A stretch of DNA of 64,000 bases from an uncultured Candidatus Saccharibacteria bacterium (GCA_964456475.1 CAYVZI010000006.1:7074-71073), one strand, 5' to 3'; positions 1 through 11,212 are shown, counted from the first letter of the stretch. Notes: generated from the sequence alone by a model not told the origin. Made by a program: numbers and translations.

Positions 1-102
1 CACTTTCTTTACCACCTTCTTTACGATCTTTTTTACTACTTTCTTGACTGGTTTCTTTGAAGGTTTTTTTACCATAGTTTTCTTTTTAATTATTTTTTTC
101 TT
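1..102 (-). CDS. Partial CDS running off the window edge, with a Lys-rich N-terminus (MAKKKIIKKKTMVKKPSKKPVKKVVKK...). It lies immediately downstream of dnaG, so it could be rpoD by operon context.
   Basis: Reverse-complement of 94-102 is ATGGCAAAG. The frame stays open to position 1. Identification rests on dnaG-rpoD synteny only. Confidence 0.25.
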
Positions 103-181
103 TGCCATAATTATTAGGTTCTAGATGATTAGGCTTTAGGATCTAGTTTTTGTTCCCCCTAGTTCCTAATGATCTAATTTC

Positions 182-1957
182 CTAGTTCTTATATCGACTG
201 TTTTTAATTGTATTCAAACGATTTGTTATCTTTTGTGATTCAATCAAAATTTCTTGCGTGTCATTCTCGTCCGTCATTCGAGCCATCAGTGCTTCGAGTT
301 GTCGACCAAGAACTTCTTCTTCGAGATTATTCAATAATTCTTCGCAATCAATCTTGAGTCGGTCGGAATCTGTATATAGCGATTCAGCTTCGAATATATA
401 CTCTTGACGTTTTTCTGCTGCGAGAGCATATACGGTCTGAAATCGGTCATCTCCTAGAATTTCAATCAATTTCTTTCGAATTACATCCGGATCAATCACG
501 GGAGGCGAAACATCTTCTTGCCACAAAAGTATTCCAAACAGTCGATTTTCGATTCGTGTTGTTCTTGAGTTGTCGGTGGGGGTTTCAATTTTTGCTGGTG
601 CTGGAGTCGCGGGTTTCATTTGTGGAGTTGGAATATCAGACATAAGTCGAATCAAATCTTCGGCGAGTGCTTCTTCGGGAATGCCAGTCTTTAGATGAAT
701 CTCTCGGATAAAATGTACGCGCTCGATCGCAGAAGGCATCACGGCAATATATGGAAGAATTCTATCACGAATCGCGCGCATGCGTGTGTGTTCGGAAAGT
801 TCGTGTTCGTCGAGAACTGAGAGATAGAAAAGTACGATATGCTGGGCTCCATCGATAATCTTTTTCCATTCCGTCGGACCGAGCGTACGAATCACATCGG
901 CAGGATCGAGATCTTTTGGAAGCTTCGCGACTTTGACATTCATACCAATACCAAGACCAATCTTTTCGGCACGGCCAGCGGCTTTCATTCCAGCTTTGTC
1001 GGCATCAAATGCAATGATGAGATTTTTGGAAAGCGCGTGCACTTGCCCGAGCCCGGTGAGAGCAGCTTTTTCATCTTCGGTTGTAAGCGTATCTCCGAGT
1101 GCTGTGCCACTTGAAGCAACAGTATTGGTAAATCCTGCTTGATGTGAAAGTACGAGATCCATCTGTCCTTCAACCAAGATTGCTTGATCGCGTTTGCGAA
1201 TTTCAAACTTGGCTTTGTCGAGCCCGAAAAGCACACTTCCCTTTTTAAAAATTGGAGTCTCGGGAGAGTTGATGTATTTGCCTTGCATTCCAGATCCGTC
1301 GTCGTGCAAAAGTCGTCCGGAAAATGCGATGATACGTGCGCCACTGTCTCCAATTGGAAACATTACGCGATCACGGAAACGGTCGTAAATTTCTCCACTT
1401 GGTTTGTCGTCCGGATGTTTTGCGAGACCTGAGAGCACGATTTCAGCGTCGGTAAATCCTGCCTTGCGAAGTGTGTCAGAAAGTTCGCGCCAACCTGCAG
1501 GTGCGTAGCCAATGCGAAAATCTTTCATCGTCTCTGGCTTTACGCCACGTTTTTCAATGTATGTTTTTGCTTCAGCGTTTTCGGAAAATTGCATTTCGTA
1601 AAAACGCGTTGCGTGTTCCATGAGTTCGTAGAGTCGGTCTTTTTGCGTTTTTTCTTTTGGATCAGTACCGCGGTATTGTTCGAGAGCCACGCCCGCGCGC
1701 TGTGCGAGTACTTGCAGTGCTCCTTTGAAATCAAGTCCTTCGAACTGCTCAACAAACGAGAAGATGTCGCCTTTTGCTCCGCACCCAAAACAGTAGTAAC
1801 TATTTCGGCCTGGCGAAACAAAGAATGACGGGGATTTCTCATTATGAAAAGGACAAACGGCTTTGTAGTTGCCGCCTGCCTTTTCAAGCTTGAGGTAGGA
1901 AGAAATAACATCAACGATGCTCAATTTTTCCTTAATTTGTTCAACGGATGATGACAT
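182..1957 (-). CDS. dnaG: DNA primase DnaG
   Basis: 591 aa. N-terminal CHC2 zinc finger (CPFHNEKSPSF...CFGCG), Toprim region (EGQMDLVL...AFDADKAG), 5' of rpoC/rpoB. Confidence 0.9.
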   Translation of the reverse strand: MSSSVEQIKEKLSIVDVISSYLKLEKAGGNYKAVCPFHNEKSPSFFVSPGRNSYYCFGCGAKGDIFSFVEQFEGLDFKGALQVLAQRAGVALEQYRGTDPKEKTQKDRLYELMEHATRFYEMQFSENAEAKTYIEKRGVKPETMKDFRIGYAPAGWRELSDTLRKAGFTDAEIVLSGLAKHPDDKPSGEIYDRFRDRVMFPIGDSGARIIAFSGRLLHDDGSGMQGKYINSPETPIFKKGSVLFGLDKAKFEIRKRDQAILVEGQMDLVLSHQAGFTNTVASSGTALGDTLTTEDEKAALTGLGQVHALSKNLIIAFDADKAGMKAAGRAEKIGLGIGMNVKVAKLPKDLDPADVIRTLGPTEWKKIIDGAQHIVLFYLSVLDEHELSEHTRMRAIRDRILPYIAVMPSAIERVHFIREIHLKTGIPEEALAEDLIRLMSDIPTPQMKPATPAPAKIETPTDNSRTTRIENRLFGILLWQEDVSPPVIDPDVIRKKLIEILGDDRFQTVYALAAEKRQEYIFEAESLYTDSDRLKIDCEELLNNLEEEVLGRQLEALMARMTDENDTQEILIESQKITNRLNTIKNSRYKN

Positions 1958-1970
1958 CTACGTGCGTTGT

Positions 1971-2133
1971 GTCATTCCGGACTAGATCCGGAATCCATTA
2001 GAATTAATGAACTTAAATACAAACCTGGATTCCTTACAGGAACGGTATACCTTTCACATTTTGATTACAAAACGTTCAAGGTCTTGCGGAACGGTTCCCG
2101 ACCCTTTCCTCACCCGGACGAGCCGGGAATGAC
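1971..2133. repeat. Family-1 palindromic element. A plus copy GTCATTCCGGACTAGATCCGGAATCCAT sits at 1971-1998. A partner in inverted orientation (CCCGGACGAGCCGGGAATGAC) sits at 2111-2133, with small TTCCT..AGGAA hairpins between them.
   Basis: 7-bp inverted arms around a 5-bp spacer. Same consensus as copies at 9401, 9458, 19447/19489, 25808/25854 and 50631. Confidence 0.8.
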
Positions 2134-2146
2134 AGATTTTGTACTT

Positions 2147-5100
2147 TTATTTTTCTTCTTCTGTTTTCTTTCCTTGTTCGTCGCGCTTGTCTACGAATCC
2201 TGTTCCAGCTGGAATGAGGCGTCCGATGATCACGTTTTCCTTAAGTCCACGAAGTGTGTCTACTCCACCGCGAATCGCGTTGGTGATGAGCACGCGGTTT
2301 GTGTTTTGGAATGAAGCAGCTGAGAGCCATGACTTGGTCGTAAGTGCAGTTTCTGAGATACCAAGTACGAGTGATTCTGCTGTTGCTTCTGTGAGACCCT
2401 TGATCTTAAGTGATGCGTTCTCATCGAGAAGCTCAACTGCTTCCACGATTTCGCTTGGAGAAAATCCTGATTCACCAGCATCCTTGATCTTGCGACGTGA
2501 GAACATTTGGCGAATGATGATTTCGATGTGCTTGCGAGAAATTGATGCACCCTGGAGTTCGTACACTTTGTTGATTTCGTGAATGATGTATTCTTCTGCA
2601 CGCTCGCGACCTCCGTATTTGAAGATCTCGGCAATATCTGCAGAACCGTCTGTCATAAGATCACCCTTCTTCACATTGTCGCCCTTGGCAACGATTGCCT
2701 GGCGGTGTGGTGGTACATCGTATGTAGTTTCGTTTGCTTTGCCATCCACCTTTGTATCATGAAGGACGACGATTGAGCGTTCTGTTGCGTTGATGCGGAT
2801 ATCGATGACAGTTCCATCATCATGCGCAACAACTGCAGGATTCTTTGGAAGTCGGCGTTCGAAGATTTCTTCGACACGTGGAAGACCAGCCGTAATGTCG
2901 ACACCTGCGAGACCTCCGGCGTGGAAGGTTCGAAGTGTGAGCTGTGTTCCTGGTTCACCGATCGCTTGTGCAGCAACGATTCCAACCGCTTCTCCAACCT
3001 TGACCAAATCATTGCGTCCCAAGTCGAGACCGTAACAACTCTGACAGATTCCATACACTGTCTTACAAGTGAGTGGTGAACGAACGAAAGCTTCTGTGAT
3101 TCCAGCTTGTTCGAGTTTGAGCGCTTCTTCTTTTGAGATGAGATATCCACGCTTGTGAATCACATTACCATCCTTGTCTTTGAGATCAGCTGCGAGGATG
3201 CGTCCGCGGATTGTCTTACTGATTGGAATTTCAATACCAAGAACATTGTCCTTGTGCATGAGTTTTCCTTCTTTTGTTCCACAATCTTCTTCAGTGATAA
3301 CCACATCTTGTGCAACGTCAACGAGACGGCGAGTGAGGTATCCAGCTTTCGCAGTGTTGAGCGCTGTGTCGGCAAGACCTTTACGTGATCCGTGAGTACA
3401 GATGAAGTATTCAATCGGAGAAAATCCTTCCTTGAACGATGGGATGATTGGGAAATCAATCGTGCGTCCAGATGGGTTCACGATCATACCTTTCATTCCG
3501 GCCATCTGCGTGAGGTTTGAAACCGATCCGCGGGCTTTTGAAGTAATCATGTCGCTCGCTGAACTTCCATCCACCATTGTTTCTGGAATGAGCTTTTCGA
3601 TATCCTTCTTTACACCTTCCCAGATTTCGAGAACCTTGCGGTAACGCTCTTCTTCAGAGAGGAGACCTTCACCGTATTGCTCTTCGACTTCTTTTTGTTT
3701 TGCGCGTCCAGCAGCAACCACTGCAGGCTTACCTTCTGGAACCTTGATGTTGTCGATTCCCCATGAGATACCTGACTTTGTTGAGTACGTAAATCCGAAA
3801 TTCTTGATCTTGTCGAGAAGATCCGGAGTCGCGTCAATGCCGTAGTGCATGATGAATTCATCCACAAGAGTATTCAATCGTGTCTGTCCGATGACTTCGT
3901 TCAAATATGGGAAGTCGTCTGGAAGAATTGAGTTGAAGAGGATTCGTCCTACAGTCGTCTCAAATGGCTTGCCTTCGAACTTTGCATATTTTTCTTTTTC
4001 AGTTCCAAGGATAGTCACCTTTGCGCGAAGTGCGAGCTCATCGAATGAGTACGCAGTGATCGCCTGGTTTGGGCTACCGAACATTTTGCCTTCACCCTTT
4101 TGGTTTGGCATAAGTTTTGTCATCCAGAAACATCCAAGTGCCATATCCATACGTGGAGATGTGATTGGGTCACCGTTCTGAGGTTTCAAGAGGTTCTTGT
4201 TTGAAGCCATGCGTTCCTCAGCTTCCTGTTGAGCAGGTTTTGAAAGTGGAACGTACACAGCCATCTGGTCTCCGTCGAAGTCGGCGTTGAACGCTGGACA
4301 GACGAGTGGGTGAACCTGGATCGCATTTCCTTCGATAAGGATCGGCTGGAAAGCCTGAATACCGAGACGGTGAAGCGTCGGTGCACGGTTGAGGAGCACG
4401 CGCTTGCCTTTGATTTCTTCTTCAAGGATTGCCCACACTTCTGGAATTCCATCTTCAATGAGACGGTTTGCTCCACGAATGTTGTATGCGAGTTCTTGTG
4501 CGATAAGTTTTGAAATCACGAATGGACGGAAGAGTTCGAGTGCCATGTGTTTTGGAAGTCCACACTGAGAAAGTTTGAGTGTAGGACCGACCACGATAAC
4601 AGAACGTCCAGAGTAGTCCACGCGCTTTCCAAGCAAGTTCTGACGGAAGAGACCTTGTTTTGATTTCAAGTTGTCTGAAAGAGATTTGAGTGCACGGCGC
4701 TGTGCCTGGTTCATCGCAACAGAGTCGTTCTGACGAGCGATTGAGTTGTCGATGAGAGCATCCACAGCTTCCTGCAAGATACGCTTTTCGTTACGCAAGA
4801 TCACGTCTGGCGCACCGATTTCCTTGAGCTTGCGGAGACGGTTGTTTCGGTTGATCACGCGACGGTAAAGGTCGTTGATGTCAGATGTCGCATGACGTCC
4901 TCCTTCAAGAGCCACCATTGGGCGAAGTGCCGGCGGGATGACTGGGATGACGGTGAGGAACATCCATTCTGGACGAATGCCTGAAGTGATCATCGAACGA
5001 ATAAGCGATAGGCGCTTTTCGAGCTTGTCCTTTTCAACAGCACTTGCCTTCTCAGATGCAGCTTCTGAAATTTCCTGAAGCTTTTTAAGATCAAGATTTT

Positions 5101-5770
5101 TCAATACAGAGTAGATCGCTTCGGCACCGATTGATGCTTCGAAACATGTTCCGTATTTGAGTGAGTAGCGGTGATATGCGATTTCGGTGAGCACTTTACC
5201 TTCGTAAATTTCGCCGATTTCTTTTTTCGCAGTCATCAAGAGTTCCTTGAGCTTGGTCTTTGTGTCTTCGTCTGCAGAAGATTTGACCTTGGTCTTGTAT
5301 TCATTTTCAAGACTCTTCAAGATCTTGTCTTTTTCTTCTTGATAGACCTTCATCACGATGTATCCGGCAAAGTAAATTACCTTTTCGAGATCAGTCGCAG
5401 TGATGTTGAGGAGAATACTCATGCGAGATGGAACACCACGCAAGAACCAGATATGCGCAACCGGAGTCGCGAGTTCGATGTGACCCATGCGTTCACGGCG
5501 AACGATTGAGCGAGTGACTTCAACTCCACATTTTTCACAAACGATATCCTTGTAGCGAATGCGTCGGTATTTTCCACAGTAACATTCGTAATCTTTTTCC
5601 GGCCCGAAGATGCGTTCGTCGAAGAGACCTCCACGTTCTGAGCGTCCGGTACGATAGTTGATTGTTTCAGGTTTTGTGACCTCACCGTATGACCAATCGC
5701 GGATGCGATCAGGACTTGCGAGTTTGAGCGAGATTGATTCGAAACCAGTGTTTGTATCAATTGTTTTCAT
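2147..5770 (-). CDS. rpoC: DNA-directed RNA polymerase subunit beta'
   Basis: 1207 aa. [11 protein letters not shown] catalytic motif, zinc-binding CxxC N-terminus, adjacent to rpoB. Confidence 0.95.
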   Translation of the reverse strand: MKTIDTNTGFESISLKLASPDRIRDWSYGEVTKPETINYRTGRSERGGLFDERIFGPEKDYECYCGKYRRIRYKDIVCEKCGVEVTRSIVRRERMGHIELATPVAHIWFLRGVPSRMSILLNITATDLEKVIYFAGYIVMKVYQEEKDKILKSLENEYKTKVKSSADEDTKTKLKELLMTAKKEIGEIYEGKVLTEIAYHRYSLKYGTCFEASIGAEAIYSVLKNLDLKKLQEISEAASEKASAVEKDKLEKRLSLIRSMITSGIRPEWMFLTVIPVIPPALRPMVALEGGRHATSDINDLYRRVINRNNRLRKLKEIGAPDVILRNEKRILQEAVDALIDNSIARQNDSVAMNQAQRRALKSLSDNLKSKQGLFRQNLLGKRVDYSGRSVIVVGPTLKLSQCGLPKHMALELFRPFVISKLIAQELAYNIRGANRLIEDGIPEVWAILEEEIKGKRVLLNRAPTLHRLGIQAFQPILIEGNAIQVHPLVCPAFNADFDGDQMAVYVPLSKPAQQEAEERMASNKNLLKPQNGDPITSPRMDMALGCFWMTKLMPNQKGEGKMFGSPNQAITAYSFDELALRAKVTILGTEKEKYAKFEGKPFETTVGRILFNSILPDDFPYLNEVIGQTRLNTLVDEFIMHYGIDATPDLLDKIKNFGFTYSTKSGISWGIDNIKVPEGKPAVVAAGRAKQKEVEEQYGEGLLSEEERYRKVLEIWEGVKKDIEKLIPETMVDGSSASDMITSKARGSVSNLTQMAGMKGMIVNPSGRTIDFPIIPSFKEGFSPIEYFICTHGSRKGLADTALNTAKAGYLTRRLVDVAQDVVITEEDCGTKEGKLMHKDNVLGIEIPISKTIRGRILAADLKDKDGNVIHKRGYLISKEEALKLEQAGITEAFVRSPLTCKTVYGICQSCYGLDLGRNDLVKVGEAVGIVAAQAIGEPGTQLTLRTFHAGGLAGVDITAGLPRVEEIFERRLPKNPAVVAHDDGTVIDIRINATERSIVVLHDTKVDGKANETTYDVPPHRQAIVAKGDNVKKGDLMTDGSADIAEIFKYGGRERAEEYIIHEINKVYELQGASISRKHIEIIIRQMFSRRKIKDAGESGFSPSEIVEAVELLDENASLKIKGLTEATAESLVLGISETALTTKSWLSAASFQNTNRVLITNAIRGGVDTLRGLKENVIIGRLIPAGTGFVDKRDEQGKKTEEEK

Positions 5771-5775
5771 ATTAA

Positions 5776-5810
5776 TTAGGGTTTAGGGATTAGGGGTAAG
5801 GGATTAGAAA
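5776..5810 (+). repeat. Telomere-like G-rich tract TTAGGGTTTAGGGATTAGGGGTAAGGGATTAG. It is a G-quadruplex motif: GGG-N4-GGG-N4-GGGG-N3-GGG.
   Basis: Read directly. Four G3+ runs with 3-4 nt loops in the 60-bp rpoB-rpoC spacer. Confidence 0.7.
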
Positions 5811-5829
5811 ATTCTAATTCAAACCAAAA

Positions 5830-8800
5830 CTATTCCTTATTAGCTTCATTAGTTTCTCGACCTGTGTACCCTTTCTGCAAATCAACATCGAGTGCAAGTC
5901 CTCGGAGGTAATTCAACATAACTGAGAATGATGCTGGTGTGTTTGGAACTGGGATTTCTTCGCCCTTGATGATCGCGTCGAATGCCTGTGAACGTCCCAT
6001 GATATCGTCAGATTTTACAGTGAGCATTTCGCGAAGTGTGTGCGATGCACCGTAACCTTCGAGAGCCCAGACTTCCATTTCTCCAAAACGCTGACCTCCA
6101 CCTTGAGCTTTACCTCCGAGTGGCTGTTGCGTGATGAGACTGTACGGACCAATCGAACGCATGTGAATCTTGTCTTCCACCATGTGGTGCAGTTTGAGCA
6201 TGTACATGATACCGACAGCTACATCTTGTTCGAATTTGTCTCCAGTACGTCCATCGTAAAGTGGAATAGATCCTGATTCTGGGAATCCAGCTTTGACGAG
6301 TTCTTCCTTGATTTCGAAATCGCGAGCTCCAGCAAATGGAGGTACGACTGCTTGGTAGCCGAGCGTGTTTGCCGCAAGACCCAAGTGCATTTCAAGAATC
6401 TGTCCGAGGTTCATACGAGATGGAACTCCAAGCGGTGTAAGGATCACGTCGACAGGAGTACCGTCCTGCATGAATGGCATTTCTTCTTGTGGAAGAATTG
6501 TTGAGATAACACCCTTGTTTCCGTGACGACCTGCGAGCTTATCACCCACAGACACGTTACGAAGCTGAGCAACTTCGATGACTACTTTCTTGATGATTCC
6601 TGATTCGAGCTGATGACCTTCGGCACGTGAAAAGATCTTCACGCCGATGATGCGTCCACGCTTTCCGTGTTCAAGACGAAGTGATGTGTCTTTCACATCG
6701 CGAGCCTTTTCCGCAAAGATAGATCGGAGCAAGCGCTCTTCTGGAGTAAGTTCTGTTTCGCCCTTTGGTGTGATCTTTCCAACAAGAATATCGTTCTCGC
6801 GGATTTCTGCACCGATGCGAATGATACCTTCTTCGTCGAGGTCTTTGAGTTTGACTTCACCGACGTTTGGAATATCGCGTGTAGTGATTTCTGGTCCGAG
6901 CTTTGTATCACGCACGACACAGATATATTCTTCCACATGAATCGATGTGAAGACTGAGTCTTTTACAAGACGGTCAGAAAGAATAATCGCATCTTCGTAG
7001 TTGCGTCCTGCCCATGACATAAATGCTACAAGCACGTTTTGTCCAAGCGCGATTTGTCCGTTGTCAGAAGATGACATGTCGGCAAGGAGTTGACCTTTCT
7101 TCACTTCCTGTCCTACAGAGACCACTGGTCGCTGATGGAATGAAGTAAAGTTGTTTGTACGTGAGAAGTTGATGAGTGTGTATTCCTTTGTTCCAGATTT
7201 GCCCTTGACCACGACTCGCTTTCCATCCATGTGAGTGACTGTTCCTGCTTCTTCAGCAAGTACGAGACGTCCAGAAAATGGAGCAGCCTTTTCTTCGATA
7301 CCGGTAGAGACGAGCGGAGCGTTTGGCACGAGACATGGAGTCGCCTGCTTCTGCATGTTTGATCCCATGAGTGCACGGTTCGCGTCATTGTGTTCAAGGA
7401 AAGGCACCATCGCAGTCGCGATTGAGAATGCCTGATATGGAACAACGTCGATGAAGTCGATTTCGTCGCGAGAGATGATACCTGGTTCTGTCTTGATACG
7501 AGCTTCAACTTCTGCATCGCGAAGCACACCCTTTTCATCTACTGGGTTTGCCGCGTGAGCGATGTTGTACTTTTCTTCTTCAAGCGCGTTTAGGTACACG
7601 ATTTCATTCGTGACTTTTCCTTTGACCACTTTCACGTATGGAGTTTCGATGATTCCGAAATCATTGATGCGTGCATATATAGAGAGGTGCAAGATAAGAC
7701 CGATGTTCGGACCTTCAGGAGTGTGGATCGGACAGACGCGACCGTAGTGAGAAGTGTGCACGTCACGCACTTCAAGACCTGCGCGTTCGCGTGTGAGACC
7801 GCCGGGTCCAAGAGCCGAAAGAATTCGGATGTGCTCGATTTCAGCCAAGAGGTTTTCCTGGTTCATAAATTGCGAGAGCTGGTTCGTGGTGAAGAATTCC
7901 TTGATACGAGCCTGCATCGGACGCTGGTTGATGATCTGGATCGGAAGTGCCGCCGCTGTATCTATAGTAGACATACGGTCTTGCACGTTACGCTTGATCT
8001 GAGTCATACCCACGCGGATTTTCTGCGCGAGAAGTTCTCCCACATAACGGACGCGACGCTGTGCAAGGTGGTCGATGTCGTCAGCCTTTGCTCCAGGTGT
8101 GTGCGTGAGTTCTACGATGTATTTTACAACTTGAATGAGGTCATCTTTTGAAATAGTTCGACGCTCAAGTTCCTTTTCGCCCATGTTGAGGTCGAAGCGC
8201 TTGTTGAATCGGAAACGTCCGACCGGTGAAAGGTCGTAGCGGTCTTTTGAAAAGAGTGCGGTGATAAATTCGCGTGCATTGTCTGCAGTCGCGAGATCAC
8301 CGTCACGAAGACGCTTGTACATTTCGATTGTTGCATCGCCAGGAGTCTTGGCAGTGTCTTTTGCAAGACATGTTGCAATGACGTTTGCTACGCGTTCGTC
8401 GTCGGCAAATGCAGCCTTGATTTCATCGTCAGTAGCCATTCCCATAGCACGAAGAAGAGACGTAATTGGGAATTTACGTTTTTTGTCGATACGCACGTAG
8501 ATCACGCCGTCAGCTTCAGCATCGATTTCAATCCAAACTCCGCGAGCTGGAATGATTTTTGCACCGAAATACATCTTGCCTTTGAGTTCGTTTTCTGTGA
8601 AGAAGATACCGAACGATCGTGCAAGCTGCGCGACGATAACGCGTTCAACACCGTTGATGATGAACGTACCGTGATTGGTCATGACTGGAATATCAGAAAG
8701 GAAGATTTCCTGTTCCTTTGCGACGCCACCGGCAAGCTTGTTCACAAGCTTCACGTTCACCTTAAGCGGTGCTTCGTAAGAAAGCTTGTTTTGCTTTGCA

Positions 8801-9111
8801 TGGAATTCATCACACTTCGGCTCGCCAAGCGAAAACGAAGTAAACTCAAGCTCGAATTTCTTGCCTGAGTAATCAGAAATAGGAGAAAATTCCTTAAAAA
8901 TTTCTCCGATGCCATTTTCGACCAAGTCTTTGAACGATTTGATTTGCATTTCCAGCAAATCAGGAAACTCTGCGAGTGATGCTTTGTACTTTTGGAAGTA
9001 CTTTTTTGGGCGGGGCCCGTTGGCATGTATCGACATATCGTTATTTTTAGAACACCCATATATAGTGCATTTCTTTGTTGCTTCGCTCGTTTGTTCCCGC
9101 AATGTACCCAA
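5830..9111 (-). CDS. rpoB: DNA-directed RNA polymerase subunit beta
   Basis: 1093 aa. Conserved beta-subunit blocks (GEMEVWALEGYGA, NMQRQAVPL-like region). Confidence 0.95.
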   Translation of the reverse strand: MGTLREQTSEATKKCTIYGCSKNNDMSIHANGPRPKKYFQKYKASLAEFPDLLEMQIKSFKDLVENGIGEIFKEFSPISDYSGKKFELEFTSFSLGEPKCDEFHAKQNKLSYEAPLKVNVKLVNKLAGGVAKEQEIFLSDIPVMTNHGTFIINGVERVIVAQLARSFGIFFTENELKGKMYFGAKIIPARGVWIEIDAEADGVIYVRIDKKRKFPITSLLRAMGMATDDEIKAAFADDERVANVIATCLAKDTAKTPGDATIEMYKRLRDGDLATADNAREFITALFSKDRYDLSPVGRFRFNKRFDLNMGEKELERRTISKDDLIQVVKYIVELTHTPGAKADDIDHLAQRRVRYVGELLAQKIRVGMTQIKRNVQDRMSTIDTAAALPIQIINQRPMQARIKEFFTTNQLSQFMNQENLLAEIEHIRILSALGPGGLTRERAGLEVRDVHTSHYGRVCPIHTPEGPNIGLILHLSIYARINDFGIIETPYVKVVKGKVTNEIVYLNALEEEKYNIAHAANPVDEKGVLRDAEVEARIKTEPGIISRDEIDFIDVVPYQAFSIATAMVPFLEHNDANRALMGSNMQKQATPCLVPNAPLVSTGIEEKAAPFSGRLVLAEEAGTVTHMDGKRVVVKGKSGTKEYTLINFSRTNNFTSFHQRPVVSVGQEVKKGQLLADMSSSDNGQIALGQNVLVAFMSWAGRNYEDAIILSDRLVKDSVFTSIHVEEYICVVRDTKLGPEITTRDIPNVGEVKLKDLDEEGIIRIGAEIRENDILVGKITPKGETELTPEERLLRSIFAEKARDVKDTSLRLEHGKRGRIIGVKIFSRAEGHQLESGIIKKVVIEVAQLRNVSVGDKLAGRHGNKGVISTILPQEEMPFMQDGTPVDVILTPLGVPSRMNLGQILEMHLGLAANTLGYQAVVPPFAGARDFEIKEELVKAGFPESGSIPLYDGRTGDKFEQDVAVGIMYMLKLHHMVEDKIHMRSIGPYSLITQQPLGGKAQGGGQRFGEMEVWALEGYGASHTLREMLTVKSDDIMGRSQAFDAIIKGEEIPVPNTPASFSVMLNYLRGLALDVDLQKGYTGRETNEANKE

Positions 9112-9400
9112 TGTACATTTTGGTCACAAGCCTCGCTCGCGCCTCGAACTGCATCTATCTATGTGTATTCTTTTTTATGGTTTCCAAAATAACAGATAAA
9201 GAAAGCAAAACCCATCTCTTTCGTTAGAGTTTGCTTTATCCGTCTTATATTTTTTTGACCGACAGCTTGGGGAGCTGTGTTTAGCTGCTAAAGGCTACGA
9301 ATAACAACTAAAACTCAATCAGTCCGTAGTGCAAATAGTCTACTTATTTTTCACCTTGTGTCAAGTGAAAAACGGGGCATTCTTCCCCTCCGCGTATCGT

Positions 9401-9484
9401 GTCATCCCGGACTTGATCCGGGATCCATTTTTTGGGCCTTTTTCCCCTCCTTTTCAGGTCATTCCCGGCCTGGCCGGGAAATCC
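9401..9484 (+). repeat. Two family-1 palindromic elements in tandem orientation: 9401-9428 GTCATCCCGGACTTGATCCGGGATCCAT and 9458-9484 GTCATTCCCGGCCTGGCCGGGAAATCC.
   Basis: Perfect 7-8 bp inverted arms. They generate the spurious ORF 9329-9535 (VIPDLIRDP / VIPGLAGKS). Confidence 0.8.
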
Positions 9485-9497
9485 AAGCCCCGAGTCC

Positions 9498-9532
9498 AAA
9501 CGGCTCATTTCCGCCCACTTGAGCCGTTTAAC
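9498..9532 (+). repeat. Family-2 hairpin element AAACGGCTCATTTCCGCCCACTTGAGCCGTTTAAC
   Basis: 10-bp stem AAACGGCTCA/TGAGCCGTTT with 12-nt loop. A near-identical copy is at 13523-13557 and a disrupted copy at 14834-14896. Confidence 0.8.
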
Positions 9533-9588
9533 TAAAAAGCCCTTAACCACTTTTCTGCTTTACTTTTTATCGCTGAATTTCTTTTCAA

Positions 9589-9620
9589 AGCTGACTATTT
9601 GGGACGAAGTTGGAACCCAT
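9589..9620 (+). repeat. Island direct repeat copy 1: AAGCTGACTATTTGGGACGAAGTTGGAACCC
   Basis: About 30-bp motif CAAGCTGnnnnnyTGGGACrAwGTTrGAAy. Also at 10508-10540 and 11275-11306, one copy at each gene boundary of the island. Confidence 0.7.
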
Positions 9621-9782
9621 TTGATTTAAAAGCCTCGTAATTCCAAGTTATCGAGATTCTACGGAGAATGTTGACATTCTATTTTATGAATGGTTAAGTA
9701 TACCTGAATCGAACGGCAACTGCCCAGTACCATTCCGTAAATGAGTGTCGTAAACTCGAACTTTCATTAAAAAATTAATAGA

Positions 9783-10454
9783 ATGGAAACAACAGCAAGT
9801 CTCGCGCAATTCCATAAACTTATGGGTCTTATTTTAAGTAAGTACCCTGAACTTGAAGGAAAGCTGGACAAACAAATGTTACAATTACTCATCAAAGACG
9901 ACTCGCGTCTCGCTCATGAGTTCACATTGTTTATTAACAATGGAGGAATGCACAACCTAAGTCACGTAATTAATTGTGACAAAACCCCAGAACTATTCCA
10001 TCCTGATGATGGTTATTATCTTAAGGGTCATCAAAAACATAGTCCGTTTGCCTGGAACCCAAATCAAATTGAGTTAATCCCTCTTTTTTCATTCTGGGAG
10101 GGATTAAATAATCAACAGGAATTTCAGAGTAACAGGATGCGGTATGAGTTTTTGAAAAAATACGATGCATGTAATGCAAACATTTCAGACTACCTCTACG
10201 AACACCCCTACTTGTTTCCAAGTAAATGGGATAATCATCTCCTTGTCTTTTTAGGTACGCAATATGGCAGGCTGTATGGAGGAAAAAAGAACAATGGTTG
10301 TTGGGTTAGATGTATTGGCAAAGATTATGATGGCAGGTTACCAGGGAGAGCACTGGCATACTTTAAAAATGTAACCTCACACTCTTTTAAATATCCCCTA
10401 GGGAATAAATTTAAAAATAATGATGTGATGGTTCCTGTTTTCAAAAAAATATAA
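9783..10454 (+). CDS. Hypothetical protein, island cargo, no recognisable domain
   Basis: 223-aa ORF, AT-rich. Followed by a hairpin terminator (CAGTGTGATC..GATCACACTG+T-run, 10459-10500). Confidence 0.5.
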   Translation: METTASLAQFHKLMGLILSKYPELEGKLDKQMLQLLIKDDSRLAHEFTLFINNGGMHNLSHVINCDKTPELFHPDDGYYLKGHQKHSPFAWNPNQIELIPLFSFWEGLNNQQEFQSNRMRYEFLKKYDACNANISDYLYEHPYLFPSKWDNHLLVFLGTQYGRLYGGKKNNGCWVRCIGKDYDGRLPGRALAYFKNVTSHSFKYPLGNKFKNNDVMVPVFKKI

Positions 10455-10507
10455 AACACCAAGACAAGCCAAACAGTGTGATCTCATTTGATCACACTGT
10501 TTTTATT

Positions 10508-10540
10508 TTAAATTCACAAGCTGACCGTCTGGGACGATGT
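10508..10540 (+). repeat. Island direct repeat copy 2: CAAGCTGACCGTCTGGGACGATGTTGGAACC
   Basis: See 9589-9620. Lies between convergent gene ends. Confidence 0.7.
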
Positions 10541-10570
10541 TGGAACCTTTTTAAACCAAAGACCTACGAC

Positions 10571-11212
10571 CTAACTCTGTTTACTCTTGTTTTCATCAGC
10601 CTTTTTATTAAACCTTTCTATTACATCACGAACAACATCTTCAGAGAACAAAGAACGCATATCCACTATATATCTATAGTCCTCTTTAATATACTCAGTT
10701 CCCTTATAGTTTTCTATATAAACTTCGACTCTCTCTCTTAGTAATTTTTTAATAACGCTCTCTGGCGCCGAAAAGAATCGCTGCTCATCCAAATATTTTT
10801 CTTCTTGAATAAGAGCATCTTCAGATAAAATCGTCGGATCTGTAACCCTTAATTCTATACCTCCAGGAATTCTATAAACTGGGATAACTTCGAAGCGCTC
10901 TACTTTCTTTATATTCAAAGTAAATTTCGGACGTTTGTGTCTTTTTAACATCGAGTAAGTTAGTGTCCAATTATCCCCATCCCATGCTCCATGCTTTTCT
11001 ACAAGATCCTTAAGTATTGGCTCAAGTTTCCAAAAATCCTCTTCCTGAACATAAATGTCTATATCTTGATTCTCTCTTATATATTTTCCATTTATCCCGG
11101 CTACTCCAACACCTCCAAATACCCAGTATTTGATTCCAGCATTAGAGATTGCGGGCAACACGTCTTCAAAAACCGGCCCTAAATGTTCATTGATTTTTTG
11201 TGTAGTTTCCAT
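10571..11212 (-). CDS. Nucleotidyltransferase-fold protein, Lnu(A)/LinA-ANT(2'')-like (NTase_2 family)
   Basis: 213 aa. YWVFGGVGVAGINGKYIRENQDIDIYV matches the Lnu/ANT(2'') hG[GS]...DxD pattern (compare LinA YWLDGGWGVDVL...RDIDI). It is co-directional with the OLD nuclease and 183 bp downstream of it. Confidence 0.6.
   Translation of the reverse strand: METTQKINEHLGPVFEDVLPAISNAGIKYWVFGGVGVAGINGKYIRENQDIDIYVQEEDFWKLEPILKDLVEKHGAWDGDNWTLTYSMLKRHKRPKFTLNIKKVERFEVIPVYRIPGGIELRVTDPTILSEDALIQEEKYLDEQRFFSAPESVIKKLLRERVEVYIENYKGTEYIKEDYRYIVDMRSLFSEDVVRDVIERFNKKADENKSKQS

Noticed and set aside
839-5760. Numerous 60-160 aa ORFs nested in or antisense to dnaG, rpoC and rpoB (e.g. 985-1353, 2260-2634, 2671-3150, 7113-7538, 7687-8151)
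   Set aside because: They lie fully inside long, well-supported housekeeping CDSs on the opposite strand or in an alternate frame, with low-complexity translations. They are typical spurious six-frame ORFs.
9329-9550. Overlapping 68-aa ORFs on both strands in the rpoB upstream region
   Set aside because: They are generated entirely by the family-1 and family-2 palindromic repeats (VIPDLIRDP, VIPGLAGKS, AHFRPLEPF). There is no coding signal outside the repeats.
9111-9783. Searched the long intergenic regions (9.1-9.8 kb, 13.3-13.7 kb, 25.8-26.05 kb, 27.7-27.9 kb, 32.1-32.3 kb) for tRNA, tmRNA or rRNA genes
   Set aside because: No acceptor-stem/T-loop pattern (GTTCRAnYC) and no rRNA-like conserved blocks were found. 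The only GGTTCGAATCC-like strings lie inside typA and thrS coding sequence. No tRNA or rRNA is called.
10571-11212. Calling the nucleotidyltransferase a lincosamide resistance gene lnu(A)
   Set aside because: Only the NTase-fold motif matches. Overall identity cannot be assessed here, and the context (next to an OLD nuclease in a repeat-bounded island) suggests a defence or other role. I kept it as a generic Lnu/ANT(2'')-like NTase.
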